A DNA stretch of 64,000 nucleotides, from NCBI GenBank assembly GCA_944362705.1, contig CALVTO010000002.1, forward strand, positions 140,818 through 204,817. Reading direction: 5' to 3'. A model generated the notes under the pieces. It searched no databases and was not told where the DNA came from. It saw only the letters and a program-made list of their open reading frames with translations. Of the stretch, positions 47,380-57,452 are shown piece after piece. The translations under genes and the position numbers were made by a program. Positions within the stretch are counted from its first letter, which is position 1. Each line of letters opens with the position of its first letter. The stretch comes from an uncultured Clostridia bacterium (GTDB lineage: Bacteria > Bacillota > Clostridia > Christensenellales > UBA1242).

Positions 47380-48630
47380 TTACGCTTTAGGCTTATTTTT
47401 GCTACCCTTTGGTCTACCTCTGCCACGTTTAGGCTTGGTAGGTTGTGTGTTTTCTACCACGCGTTTTGCTTCCGGAAGCGTAACATTACCATCTTTATAT
47501 CTTTGCATAGCGTCAATTAAATCTCGAATAGATGTTTCAATCTTTTTTGTTTTTTCTGGGGACATTTGCGATGTATCTTTCGCCATTAGTCGTTCTACTC
47601 TTTCCATAGCGTCTTGGAAATCTTCATCGGTTAAAACAACAATTGGCTTATTTGCATCTTCTTTTCTAGGTCTGCCCCTACCTCGTTTAGGGCGAACAGC
47701 CAACGCAGAAAAATCTTCTACATTTTCATCGGCATCTTCCGTTGCTAGCGTATTCTGCATTTGCGCTTCTAACAACCGCAATGCCTTTTCTGCATCTTGG
47801 TCTTGCGTGTTTACACTATAACTTTGATGGAATACCGCCAAAGCATTTTGGCCTTCATCTTTAAACATAAGTTCTGGCACAGGTGCTTGATTTCTCTTCT
47901 TCTTTTTTTGTTTTTCTTGCCCACAGGCAACGCGATGAAATGTTTCGTTTTCGTAGATATTAGAAACAAGCGAAATAGCTTCTTCATACCCTTCAAAAAT
48001 AACGGATAAATTTACACGTTCGTCCATAACATCGAGCATGTCTTGAAACGATTCAGCACATGCTTTTAAGGCAAAGTGACGAATAGCTGTGTAAATATAA
48101 TATGTTATGGTCATGAGAATAAAATAAAGAATGGGTATAAGTGCGCTTTCAAACCATAAACTTGTTGTAACGGTGGAAACCCCTTCACTTAAGGTTGCAA
48201 AAGAAAATAAATATAAGGCAAACGTTGTAATATAAATGCAAGCCTTCATGATGGAACGGTTTTGTTTAAAAATACCACCAAATATTTGGCCATCTATACA
48301 TTCTTCTTGTTTTAAATAATCGCTTGGAGAACCTTTTACCGTAAGTTCATATTTTTTCCAAGAGCGACGTGCGCTGGCTGGGAAATGCACTAATAATTGT
48401 GAAAAAGAGGCATAATTATCTTTAGTGACAACATTGCTTTTTAAAAAGCTTACAATTTTATTACTACGGCGAATAAACTTATTTTCGTAACTAAACACAA
48501 TAGATAAAAGGCACCATATAACTAAGCCGGCCCATAAAACCAAAGCCACCTTTAACAAAATATCTGGTGTTAGAACGCCAATTAAAACATTAAAACTTGT
48601 ACGAATATATTCAAATATTTCCATAGGCAA
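47380..48630 (-). CDS. Polytopic membrane protein with a C-terminal soluble region carrying two HMGA-type AT-hooks
   Basis: 416 aa with about 3-4 hydrophobic helices in the first 190 aa. The AT-hook cores are RPKRGRGRPRKED (aa 313-325) and KPKRGRGRPKGSKNKPKA (aa 399-416). Confidence 0.65.
   Translation of the reverse strand: MPMEIFEYIRTSFNVLIGVLTPDILLKVALVLWAGLVIWCLLSIVFSYENKFIRRSNKIVSFLKSNVVTKDNYASFSQLLVHFPASARRSWKKYELTVKGSPSDYLKQEECIDGQIFGGIFKQNRSIMKACIYITTFALYLFSFATLSEGVSTVTTSLWFESALIPILYFILMTITYYIYTAIRHFALKACAESFQDMLDVMDERVNLSVIFEGYEEAISLVSNIYENETFHRVACGQEKQKKKKRNQAPVPELMFKDEGQNALAVFHQSYSVNTQDQDAEKALRLLEAQMQNTLATEDADENVEDFSALAVRPKRGRGRPRKEDANKPIVVLTDEDFQDAMERVERLMAKDTSQMSPEKTKKIETSIRDLIDAMQRYKDGNVTLPEAKRVVENTQPTKPKRGRGRPKGSKNKPKA
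47383..47433 (-). other. AT-hook 2 coding segment (PKRGRGRPKGSKNKPKA)
   Basis: Direct translation. It is near-identical in pattern to the eukaryotic HMGA hook PRGRPKGSKNK. Confidence 0.7.
47662..47694 (-). other. AT-hook 1 coding segment (RPKRGRGRPRK)
   Basis: Direct translation. The R-G-R-P core is flanked by basic residues. Confidence 0.7.
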
Positions 48631-48734
48631 CTCCTTATGCTAAGTATAGCATATTGGTTGGGGCTTGACTACTTAATTATAAGCACATTTTTTGTTTTTT
48701 TTATTTTTTTTGTTATTTTTTAAAAAAATAAATA

Positions 48735-48749
48735 TTTATGCACAAATAT
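48735..48749 (+). repeat. 15-mer TTTATGCACAAATAT (copy 1; contains TTATGCACA, which matches the DnaA-box consensus TTATNCACA)
   Basis: Direct reading. Copy 2 starts 97 bp downstream. Confidence 0.6.
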
Positions 48750-48831
48750 TTTTTTAAATGTTGATTATATTTTTTCACATATTATACATAAAACATTTTA
48801 CATGAATAATAATGATAAAATATGTTTTGAT

Positions 48832-48846
48832 TTTACGCACAAATAT
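48832..48846 (+). repeat. 15-mer TTTACGCACAAATAT (copy 2, 14/15 identical to copy 1)
   Basis: Direct reading. Confidence 0.6.
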
Positions 48847-49003
48847 GTAAACACAAATAAAATAAAAATACAAAAATATGTATTATTAAAAATATTAAAT
48901 ATTTATTATTTTATTTTTTATAAATATATTTTTTATTTTTCTAATGCAAACACTGAAATATATTTATTTTTTTCTAAACTATATTCACTTTTATGTGTTC
49001 CGT

Positions 49004-52000
49004 TTATTTTTTATTTAAAGGAACTTCCAATAATTGATGAGAAACAAAAGAATAAATATACGCTTTGCAAGGTTTATTAGAAAAACTTGCTTGCGCAGCT
49101 TGCGCATACAGCGAAAGTTGTGGTTGATATTTTTCTATAATATGTTTTGCGTTTTTGATAGCCGTGTATTTGTAATCGACCACCACAATTTCTTTCTCTT
49201 TTTCTATAAGTAAATCGACCACACCCTGCACAAGCACAGGACGCGTGCCCTGCATGCCTATTTGCGCAGGCTCTACTTGCATTAAAAATTCCGCTTCTTT
49301 TTTTACCTGCTGTGCTTGCGCGCACAAAGGTTTTAACGTTTGTATAGCGCGTAAAATATGCTGTAAGGACAGTTGCTGTGCAACCGCGCGAGAAAGCAGA
49401 TTGTTTTCCACAAGGCTGGTAATGGCTTGTTGTACCATTTCGGCAGTAACAAGTTTTAGTGGCAACACTTCCATAAGTTTATGGTACGCCGTACCTAGTT
49501 CTGGGGTGGTTTCTTCTTCAAACACAATAGGGTAAAAAACATCTTCTCTATTTTGTTCAAGCACTTTAGAAACCGTGGTTTTCGTAACGAGTTGCACGTC
49601 TTGCATGTATGGATACGGCTTTTGCAAGTACGCAAGCAACGCTTGCGAAAATGTACCCTTTGCAATAGGCGGAGCAACTTGTTTTTCTTGAAATGCCATT
49701 TCTTCAATTTGCGCTACCGTGAATGTATGTTGCTGGTAGCCGATTTGCTCTAAAAATGCTTTTGGCGTGTGGTGCAAACCATACATAATCCAATCGGCAA
49801 AATTATCGGTGCGCGATGGTTTAGGCACTTGGCCGGCTAGTTGTTTTTGTGTAACTGTACCCACCACAACCAAATGGTGCACGGCACGTGTTAATGCTAC
49901 ATACAATAAACGTGCGCGTTCTTCTTTTGCTTGCATTTCTTCGCTGAGTTTTGCGGCAAGCCAAGCAACGGTAGGATTTTTAATGCGCTCAGAAGGGCTG
50001 AAATACTCTAACCCAATGCCAATTTTTTTAGAAAAAATAAGGTCGGTTTGCGTATCTTTATTATTCGCTTTTTTACCTACCCCTGCCAAGATGACCACAG
50101 GGTACTCTAACCCTTTACTTTTATGAATGGTGGTAATATTAACAGCGTTAGCTTGCGAAGCAACAGATGTTTTCATATCTATTTTTTCAAGATTCTGCAA
50201 AAACTCTGTGAGCATTTGATATTTACCACTTTCTATTTTTTGTAAAAAGATTTGCAGGGTTTGTAGTTTTTTCTCGCCGTTTGTTTGGTTTAGAATAGAT
50301 TCTTTAAAATTCGTTTCTTGTAAAATAGCCTTCACAAGTTCGGCCACAGAAAGATATTTACTACGTTCGAAATACTTTGTAACAAAGGACATATACGCGT
50401 TCATTTTTTGCATGGTGCTTGCCGAAACACCACCTTCTTGCAATGCTTTTAAAAATGCTTGATGGTAGTATTTTTCTGCTGGATACAACATGCGAATTTC
50501 GCTGAGTTCTTCTAACGTAAACTTAAACACATTGGATGTAAGTACGCCAAGCATAGGAATATCTTGGTATGGGTTGTGAATAAGTTCGAGCATTTGCTTT
50601 AAAATTTGCAATACATCTTCATCGAAAATGCTTGTGGTGATATCTGTAAGCACAGGAATACCGGCCTGCAAGCACACCCTTTGAATAGGCTCGACAACAT
50701 TTTCACGGCTGGCGGTAAGTATGGTGATATCTTGATACTCTATAGGCCTTACAGTTTGCGTTTTGGTATCGAACATAGGTTTACCAATAAACTGCTGTAT
50801 GGTGCGCGCAATTAAAATAGCTTCGCGGTCGGTTTCATCTACAAAAGAAGGGTTTTGCTGAATTTCTTTTAAAACACTATACACGCCTTGCGGTTTTTCC
50901 TCTTCCGCCTCAGGCGCGGTTGGTTTTACAATAAAACAACCTTGCACTACCGGAAGCGCGCTTGCTTGCGGAATAGAAACTTCACCATGCGTGAGCATGT
51001 TTTCGTTTTTATAATCTACCCCGCCGAACTCCTTGGTCATGACGCTTTTAAACACCATATTCACAAAGTGCAAAATGTTTTCGTTAGAGCGGAAATTATC
51101 GTTTAAAAACAAAAGTTCGGCTTGGGCGTCTTTATGCTTATAGCGTTCCATACGGTTAATAAAAATTTGCGGTTCGCACAGACGAAAACGGTATATACTT
51201 TGTTTAACGTCGCCTACCATAAATAAACTATCGGGCTTAGCAATACACGCAAGAATTTCTTCTTGCAGGTAGTTGGTATCTTGATACTCGTCTATAAAAA
51301 TATATTTGTATTTTGTTCGAACTTCTTCTTGTACATCTTTTTCTTGCAGTAGTTGCAATGTAAATTGCTCTAAGTCGCCAAAGTCGTAGGCGCCTTTTTC
51401 TTTTTTTAACGCGTGATACAAGGTTTCAAACTCTTGTGCTAGAGAAAACAACATAGCAACGCGCGGTGCGGTTGCCGTAAGTTTTTGTTGCATTTCATTA
51501 AGTGTACCAAGTTCGGCAAATGATTTAACAACCGCCGCATAGGAAGCTTTCCATTCTTTCACTTGCTCTGCCCACTCTTTTTGTTCAGGCGTTTTACCCG
51601 AAGGTGAGCGACGCGAAACACATGCTTGTAAAGCTTGATAAAACGATGGTAAGGTATGACACTCTATAAGAGATAATATTTCTTCGTTATATTCGTTAAG
51701 CATTTGAAGCATGGCGTCCCAATTTTTGATTTGTTTACGCAAATGCAGTAATGGTTCAAGCACGGCATGCAATTTTTTTGTGTATGCGCTTACAATATAC
51801 CGTCCTGCTATGTTTTTTTCTAAATTGGGTTCGTAGGACTGCATAACCTGTTGCGCCCACGCCCTAGGTTGCGTTTGTACGCGCATAAATTGAAAGATTT
51901 TTAAAATGGTATTACGTAATTTTTGATCGCTACGGCTTTGCTGTAATACGTCGGCAAGGTCGAAAAAGGCGGAATCGGCATTTTGTATATGTGTTTCAAA

Positions 52001-52411
52001 AAGTTGTTCCATAGCCTTTTCTTGCAAAATAGCCGACTCGTCTTCATCCATAACGACAAAGGTTGGGTCGAGCCCTAATTTATAAAAGTAGGTTTTTAAC
52101 ATTTTCGCACAAAACCCATCGATGGTGGAAATATCGGCGATGGTGGCAACTTCTTGCATTTGCGTTTTTATATAATCGGTTTTTTGCGGAAGTTTTTCAA
52201 ACTCTTTTAATAGTTTTGTCTTCATTTCTCCCGCGGCAGCCTTTGTAAATGTAACAATGAGAAAAGACGTAATGGGAACTTTATCGTTTACGACAAGGTC
52301 GACAATACGTTTTGTCATGACAAAGGTTTTTCCGCTACCTGCGGAAGCGCTGACCAATAATGATTTGCCTCGACTATGAATGGCTTTATCTTGTGCCGGT
52401 GTTAGTTTCAT
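49004..52411 (-). CDS. addA: ATP-dependent helicase/nuclease subunit A (AddA/RexA)
   Basis: Has the UvrD-type Walker A (SASAGSGKT), DEYQDT, and the C-terminal RecB nuclease motif GVVDLLIEKEKEIVVVDYKYT. The start is ambiguous: ATG 52411 or TTG 52426. Confidence 0.9.
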   Translation of the reverse strand: MKLTPAQDKAIHSRGKSLLVSASAGSGKTFVMTKRIVDLVVNDKVPITSFLIVTFTKAAAGEMKTKLLKEFEKLPQKTDYIKTQMQEVATIADISTIDGFCAKMLKTYFYKLGLDPTFVVMDEDESAILQEKAMEQLFETHIQNADSAFFDLADVLQQSRSDQKLRNTILKIFQFMRVQTQPRAWAQQVMQSYEPNLEKNIAGRYIVSAYTKKLHAVLEPLLHLRKQIKNWDAMLQMLNEYNEEILSLIECHTLPSFYQALQACVSRRSPSGKTPEQKEWAEQVKEWKASYAAVVKSFAELGTLNEMQQKLTATAPRVAMLFSLAQEFETLYHALKKEKGAYDFGDLEQFTLQLLQEKDVQEEVRTKYKYIFIDEYQDTNYLQEEILACIAKPDSLFMVGDVKQSIYRFRLCEPQIFINRMERYKHKDAQAELLFLNDNFRSNENILHFVNMVFKSVMTKEFGGVDYKNENMLTHGEVSIPQASALPVVQGCFIVKPTAPEAEEEKPQGVYSVLKEIQQNPSFVDETDREAILIARTIQQFIGKPMFDTKTQTVRPIEYQDITILTASRENVVEPIQRVCLQAGIPVLTDITTSIFDEDVLQILKQMLELIHNPYQDIPMLGVLTSNVFKFTLEELSEIRMLYPAEKYYHQAFLKALQEGGVSASTMQKMNAYMSFVTKYFERSKYLSVAELVKAILQETNFKESILNQTNGEKKLQTLQIFLQKIESGKYQMLTEFLQNLEKIDMKTSVASQANAVNITTIHKSKGLEYPVVILAGVGKKANNKDTQTDLIFSKKIGIGLEYFSPSERIKNPTVAWLAAKLSEEMQAKEERARLLYVALTRAVHHLVVVGTVTQKQLAGQVPKPSRTDNFADWIMYGLHHTPKAFLEQIGYQQHTFTVAQIEEMAFQEKQVAPPIAKGTFSQALLAYLQKPYPYMQDVQLVTKTTVSKVLEQNREDVFYPIVFEEETTPELGTAYHKLMEVLPLKLVTAEMVQQAITSLVENNLLSRAVAQQLSLQHILRAIQTLKPLCAQAQQVKKEAEFLMQVEPAQIGMQGTRPVLVQGVVDLLIEKEKEIVVVDYKYTAIKNAKHIIEKYQPQLSLYAQAAQASFSNKPCKAYIYSFVSHQLLEVPLNKK

Positions 52412-55400
52412 GAATTTGTGCCGCAATCTCCTCTAAATTCCATTGTTTATTTGCTTTACGTACATGCACACGTTGCCCACTAATAAGTGCACATGTAATG
52501 CGGTATGGACAATACGTACATGGCAATTTTTTATCCACCTGCAAAGGTGATGGTGTAATGCACCCTTTACGCATTTCTTCTACGGCTTGTACCGAAAGAT
52601 GCTCGGCGTATGCAATAAGGTCCTCTAATGTTACCGAGCTTACCATGTGGCTTTCTTCTTTAAGTTCTATTTCCCCCGATGCTTGATGCGCTTTATCTGC
52701 TTTAATGCTTGCTTTAATAAAAGCACTTTTCGGATTTTGCAGGCTAAGCGATGTATCCATCATGCGGACATAGCCAATATCTGCAATAAAATATCCTTGC
52801 ATACGGTATTGTTCTACCCCTTGTGGCTCTGTTGATGACAAGTAGTAATTACGTATTGGGTAATAAAACGCTCCTACCGGTTGTTTGGCAGTGAAATGTT
52901 TCATGGCAGAAAGATACATAAAAAGTTGTATTTTTTTACCATAGTACAATTGATAGGCAGATAAATCGATTTGCCCTGTTTTATAATCGATTAAGCGATA
53001 CAAGTTGCCGTTAGTATCTATGCGGTCAATTTTACCTTCTAGGCTTATGCCGTTGGTTAATGTAACGGCAGGTATGGTAGCATGTTCGCCAAACACAACC
53101 TCTTCCCCCGCATAACGGAAATTTGAATTTTGTTGCGCTGTGTACAATGCTTCTGCCAAACGCTTTGCTTCACTTTTTAAAGCGCGCAATAAGAGCACAT
53201 CGGCCTTTGTTGCATATACTTCTTGCGCAGCAATTTGTTCGGTAATGCTATGCGCAAGCGCTTGTATTTGTTGTGATGTATAGGTTTTATTTTGTATAGC
53301 CTTTACAAACTTTTCGGCAAAGGCATGTAAAAAGTCACCAATATCCATTGGCTCGAACACGGCTTCTTTACGCGGTTGCATACGCAAGCCGTTTTCTGCA
53401 AAACATTTAAACGGACACGCATAATACGACTCTAGCCTTGTAATACTTGTTTTTTTGTTAGGAAAATACAAATGTTCGGCGTTTTGCAACATAGTGTTTT
53501 GTTGCATATTTTGAATTGCTGGCTGTTGTGGCAGGGTTGCTTTTAACGTTTGGTACACACTTTCTTGCTCTACTACTTCGCCTTTTTGCTTTTTTTGTTC
53601 GGCAATAACCAGTTGCTCTGTAGCATGTTTTATGTTACCTAACATACACCACATAGATTGTTCGTTTTGCTGCATGTGTTGTAGTAGACTTGGAATACTT
53701 CCAAACATTTCGGCTAACTGCAAAACAACAGTAGAAGGTTGCACTTCCTCGCCCGAAAGCGTTTTCGGACATGTTACCGTTAATGCCTGACCTGCAGATA
53801 ACAAGGCTTGAAAACAAGCAAAACGCTCACGAGCGTTGACGGTTTTTATAGTTGGCTCTATTTTTTTTGCAAATGCATTGGAAAGCACTTGTAGTTCTTG
53901 GTCGCGAATCATGCCACAATCTTGTTGCGAAAGTGGGAATTTACCACTTACCGCACCACAAACATAGAGTTTTTTTAGACCAAACCAGTTTTGTTGCACC
54001 GTACCAATAAGAACGGAATCTTGCACTTGTGGGAGCACATTTATATTTTGGCTTTGTGCGCCCGCTAGCAAAATAGACATGCACTCATCTGCTGTAACCA
54101 CAGTTTCGCCCATAATTTGTTTGGCGGTTTCTAAAAGCGTTTGCAAATGCGCATACGCTTGTTTGGTGATACCACTTTTTTCTTTTTCGCCATTTGCCCA
54201 TTGCCACGCCGAAATTTCATTCAACTGCCCTACCACATTTTGTTGTTGCATAAAGTTTTGTAAGGCTTGCACCCACTGTGCTATGCTTTGCTTAGCAGGT
54301 AACGAGGTTACAAAAGCAAAATGTTGCGTGCAAAGTTTTTGTCTTACTTTTTCGGCCACAATATATTCCGCCGATGGCTTGCCATTTTCGTGCATTGCAC
54401 CGCGCGTGAAAGGTTGTAAAAATTCTCCATGTTGCACGCCATATGCTAGGCAATAGTTTTCAAAGGCGCTACTTTCGGCCACGCTTAAATTGCATAATAC
54501 GTTTTGACTAAATAGCAATACATCTTCTTGGTCGAAATTGCGCTGTTTTAAACGAAACAAACTTTCTACATAGGAAAACAATGGATGCTCGGCAAGTGTA
54601 GAACTTTGTTGCATAAATACAGGAATTTGATAATCGGCAAAGGTGCTTTGCAAAAGATGTGTATAATGCTCAATTGCTGGGCAGAGCACCCCAATTTCGT
54701 GATACCTTAAACCATGCATTTTTACATCTTGCATAATGCTTTGTGCTAAAAACATAGTTTCTTCTTGCTCGTTAGATGCAAAACCGACTGTAACATGATG
54801 CGCATGCGGATATACGTATGGTTGATAGGTATACAGATGCTGTTGTATGGCTAAAATTTCTGGAGCTAACACGTCGGGCAGGCGCGTTGCGGTATACGCT
54901 AGGTGCAAGGAGTCGCCTAGATGCTTTATGTTTTCAAAAAACTCGTTTTCGGTAATATATGCGTTTTCCGTTCCCGCCATATACGAACAACTAACCGTAG
55001 TGGTTTTTGCCGTTTGTATAAGTGATTTTATACAAGTATATAATTGCGCGGTGGCATTTTCGAAGCCAATAATATACACATGGCTTTGTTTTATTTTTGC
55101 ACTAGTTAAAATAAGTTCGGATAGTGCATATAATTTATCAGATGCATCGATATATTTCGATTGCAGATACGTTTCGTACCACGCATACATTTGAAAGACA
55201 TCGTGCATTTTTATTTTTAGGTTTGGCGCAACCGATTGATAGCACACTTCAGCGTCTTGCAAACCAACGTGGCTACTTTTTAATTGCGTAATAGTTTCGT
55301 ACATGGTTTGCGCAAAGCCCGCACTTTTAGCTGTTTTTTTAAAGCACACAAGCTCGTTTATATGTTCTAGAGCAAGCTTTCGAATAAGCATAATGCCTGC

Positions 55401-55652
55401 TTCTTTGCTTAGAAATGCTTGGTTATTGGTTTTTAATTTTTCAAACAATCGGCGAAAGGTAACAACTTCTACCAGCATGGTTGCCCCACCCTTGCTCTGC
55501 GAAACGACCATTTGCTCTACTTCAAGAGAGCGCGTTTCTGGCACTAAAATATAAGCGTGCATTTGCGTTTTTTCCGCTTGTTGCACCGCTTTTTTAACGA
55601 CATATTCCATACTAGTTTTATAGTACGTGCTTGTATAAATGCTTAATTTCAT
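52386..55652 (-). CDS. addB: Helicase-nuclease subunit B (AddB/RexB type) with C-terminal Fe-S cysteines
   Basis: 1088 aa upstream of and overlapping addA. Cysteines: CPFKCF plus CTYCPYRITC. The nuclease motif is IDRIDTNGNLYRLIDYKTG. The N-terminal Walker A is degenerate (YTSTYYKTS). Confidence 0.85.
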   Translation of the reverse strand: MKLSIYTSTYYKTSMEYVVKKAVQQAEKTQMHAYILVPETRSLEVEQMVVSQSKGGATMLVEVVTFRRLFEKLKTNNQAFLSKEAGIMLIRKLALEHINELVCFKKTAKSAGFAQTMYETITQLKSSHVGLQDAEVCYQSVAPNLKIKMHDVFQMYAWYETYLQSKYIDASDKLYALSELILTSAKIKQSHVYIIGFENATAQLYTCIKSLIQTAKTTTVSCSYMAGTENAYITENEFFENIKHLGDSLHLAYTATRLPDVLAPEILAIQQHLYTYQPYVYPHAHHVTVGFASNEQEETMFLAQSIMQDVKMHGLRYHEIGVLCPAIEHYTHLLQSTFADYQIPVFMQQSSTLAEHPLFSYVESLFRLKQRNFDQEDVLLFSQNVLCNLSVAESSAFENYCLAYGVQHGEFLQPFTRGAMHENGKPSAEYIVAEKVRQKLCTQHFAFVTSLPAKQSIAQWVQALQNFMQQQNVVGQLNEISAWQWANGEKEKSGITKQAYAHLQTLLETAKQIMGETVVTADECMSILLAGAQSQNINVLPQVQDSVLIGTVQQNWFGLKKLYVCGAVSGKFPLSQQDCGMIRDQELQVLSNAFAKKIEPTIKTVNARERFACFQALLSAGQALTVTCPKTLSGEEVQPSTVVLQLAEMFGSIPSLLQHMQQNEQSMWCMLGNIKHATEQLVIAEQKKQKGEVVEQESVYQTLKATLPQQPAIQNMQQNTMLQNAEHLYFPNKKTSITRLESYYACPFKCFAENGLRMQPRKEAVFEPMDIGDFLHAFAEKFVKAIQNKTYTSQQIQALAHSITEQIAAQEVYATKADVLLLRALKSEAKRLAEALYTAQQNSNFRYAGEEVVFGEHATIPAVTLTNGISLEGKIDRIDTNGNLYRLIDYKTGQIDLSAYQLYYGKKIQLFMYLSAMKHFTAKQPVGAFYYPIRNYYLSSTEPQGVEQYRMQGYFIADIGYVRMMDTSLSLQNPKSAFIKASIKADKAHQASGEIELKEESHMVSSVTLEDLIAYAEHLSVQAVEEMRKGCITPSPLQVDKKLPCTYCPYRITCALISGQRVHVRKANKQWNLEEIAAQIHETNTGTR

Positions 55653-55751
55653 ACATTTTCCTTTGCGTTTAGTGTAGCATACTTATAAACTTTTTTCAAT
55701 GATTTGACGACAACGCGCGGAAAGAATATACTTTAAGTGGAGATAAAAAAT

Positions 55752-56462
55752 ATGAGTATAGAAGTATTATATTCAATTGCAATTTTGCTTATGGTGCCTG
55801 CTTTTATTTTTGTGGCTATTTCGCAAAGCAAAGTGCATAGCACCATTAACCAATACTCAAAATACCCTAGCAATATAAATAAGCCCGCTCACCAAGTGAT
55901 TGCTGACGTATTGAACGCAGAAATTGGTACAGGCAAAGTGAACATAAGAATAGGCAACAGTGACCACTACAACCCTAAAAAGAAAGAGATTGTGCTAACA
56001 AAAAAAGTTTACGAAAGCACAAGCATTGCCGCCATTGGTATTGCCTTGCATGAAGCTGGACACGCTTTGCAAGACGCAAAAGGTTACAAACCTATGAAAA
56101 TAAGGCAAGCCATTGCGCCGATAGTTTCATTTGGAGCTTCGTTTGTTTGGGTTTTCTTTATTATTGGTACCGCCTTATTGGTAGCCTCGTATTTTGCTGG
56201 CGCGATTATGTTATATATTTCTATTGGGCTTTATGCCTTAACTACTTTATTTTATTTAATTACTTACCCTGTAGAAAAAGATGCATCAAGAAGAGCACTC
56301 GCCATTGCGAAACAACAACAAATTTTTACCGATGACGAACTTTTGGGCGCCGAAGTGGTATTACGTTCGGCGGCACGCACCTATTTAGCCGCACTTGTTA
56401 TGAGCATGGTGGAACTATTTAGGTTTATCTTACTTGCGCTTTTGTATATAAAAAGAGATTAA
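55752..56462 (+). CDS. YugP-like membrane zinc metallopeptidase
   Basis: Has the HEAGHALQ HExxH motif and flanking TM helices. The start was set at ATG 55752, after GGAG. Confidence 0.8.
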   Translation: MSIEVLYSIAILLMVPAFIFVAISQSKVHSTINQYSKYPSNINKPAHQVIADVLNAEIGTGKVNIRIGNSDHYNPKKKEIVLTKKVYESTSIAAIGIALHEAGHALQDAKGYKPMKIRQAIAPIVSFGASFVWVFFIIGTALLVASYFAGAIMLYISIGLYALTTLFYLITYPVEKDASRRALAIAKQQQIFTDDELLGAEVVLRSAARTYLAALVMSMVELFRFILLALLYIKRD

Positions 56463-56609
56463 ACAAAATCTTGTGTAAAATTTAAACAAGGCGATGCCAT
56501 TTTAATTGACAAAAATGAGCTATATTATTGGATTGCTCATTGTACTGTTTCAATGTTCTGTACTCCTGCTTGGACAAAAGAACAACATAGATTGATAGAA
56601 GGATAATTT

Positions 56610-57452
56610 ATGAAAATTATTGAAGTTAAAACAAAAAGCGAAAACTCTCTGTTTGGTTGCTTATATGGGGAAAAATATAAAGACATCTGCGTGATTATCA
56701 CAAACGGAACTTGTGGAAACATTTTTGAAAACAAGTTTTTACAAATCGTTGGCGAAGAATTGGAAAAGAATAAAATTTCTTTCATCTATGCTCACAACAG
56801 CGGTGCTTTTCACAGAATAGATACACCAACAAGAAGTGGAAAACCTATCGGCAACACATATGACCTTTTTGACAACTGTTTAGAAGATTTACAAAGCTTT
56901 GTTGATTTTGCGAAAGATTATGGCTTTAAACACATAATTCTTGGCGGACACTCTTATGGAGCAAACAAGGTTGTGTATTATTTATCTCAAAATCAAAAAG
57001 AGAAAATTGATAAATATATTTTAATTTCCCCGACTGATACCGAGAGATTAAAAGACCATGAGCAACTTTCCGTTGATAAACTTATGCCAATTGCAATGAA
57101 GTTTAAAAAAGAGAATAAACTTGACGAAGTTATGCCAGAGATGTTTGACAATTATAACTATTACACCGCTCGTGCATTCTTAGACTTTATTAAAAATAAG
57201 CACGCCAAAAATCTTCCTGTATATTCAAAACATGGAGATTGGAAACAGCTGAAAAGTATAAGACAAACAGCACTTTTTGTTATGGGCGAAAAAGATGACT
57301 TTGCATTTAATGACACTATTAAACATCTTGAAACAATCAAAGAAAATACAAAAACTAAAAATTCTGTTGTGAAAGTTATTGAAAATTGCGGACACACATT
57401 TAGAAACAAAGAAAAAGAACTTGCACAAGTGATTTTAGATTTTGTTAAATAA
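56610..57452 (+). CDS. Alpha/beta-fold hydrolase
   Basis: Has the GGHSYGANK nucleophile elbow (GxSxG) and a C-terminal CGHTF (His). Length is 280 aa. Confidence 0.7.
   Translation: MKIIEVKTKSENSLFGCLYGEKYKDICVIITNGTCGNIFENKFLQIVGEELEKNKISFIYAHNSGAFHRIDTPTRSGKPIGNTYDLFDNCLEDLQSFVDFAKDYGFKHIILGGHSYGANKVVYYLSQNQKEKIDKYILISPTDTERLKDHEQLSVDKLMPIAMKFKKENKLDEVMPEMFDNYNYYTARAFLDFIKNKHAKNLPVYSKHGDWKQLKSIRQTALFVMGEKDDFAFNDTIKHLETIKENTKTKNSVVKVIENCGHTFRNKEKELAQVILDFVK

Larger units (their letters stand above)
48631..49003. other. Extremely AT-rich non-coding tract between addA and the AT-hook protein gene
   Basis: By eye well above 80% A+T, with long A and T runs. It contains the duplicated 15-mer and presumably the promoter of the 416-aa ORF. 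Confidence 0.7.

Noticed and set aside
48631-49003. Replication origin (oriC), suggested by AT-richness plus a TTATGCACA DnaA box
   Set aside because: There is only one perfect box and one or two imperfect ones. No dnaA, dnaN or other origin-proximal genes are in the window, and all flanking genes keep the same orientation across the tract. It is retained only as a lower-confidence regulatory or architectural element.
48802-49080. 92-aa plus-strand ORF in the AT-rich tract
   Set aside because: Its composition is driven by A/T runs (Asn/Lys/Ile/Phe/Tyr-rich), it has no RBS, and it overlaps the addA 3' end. It is most likely a chance ORF.
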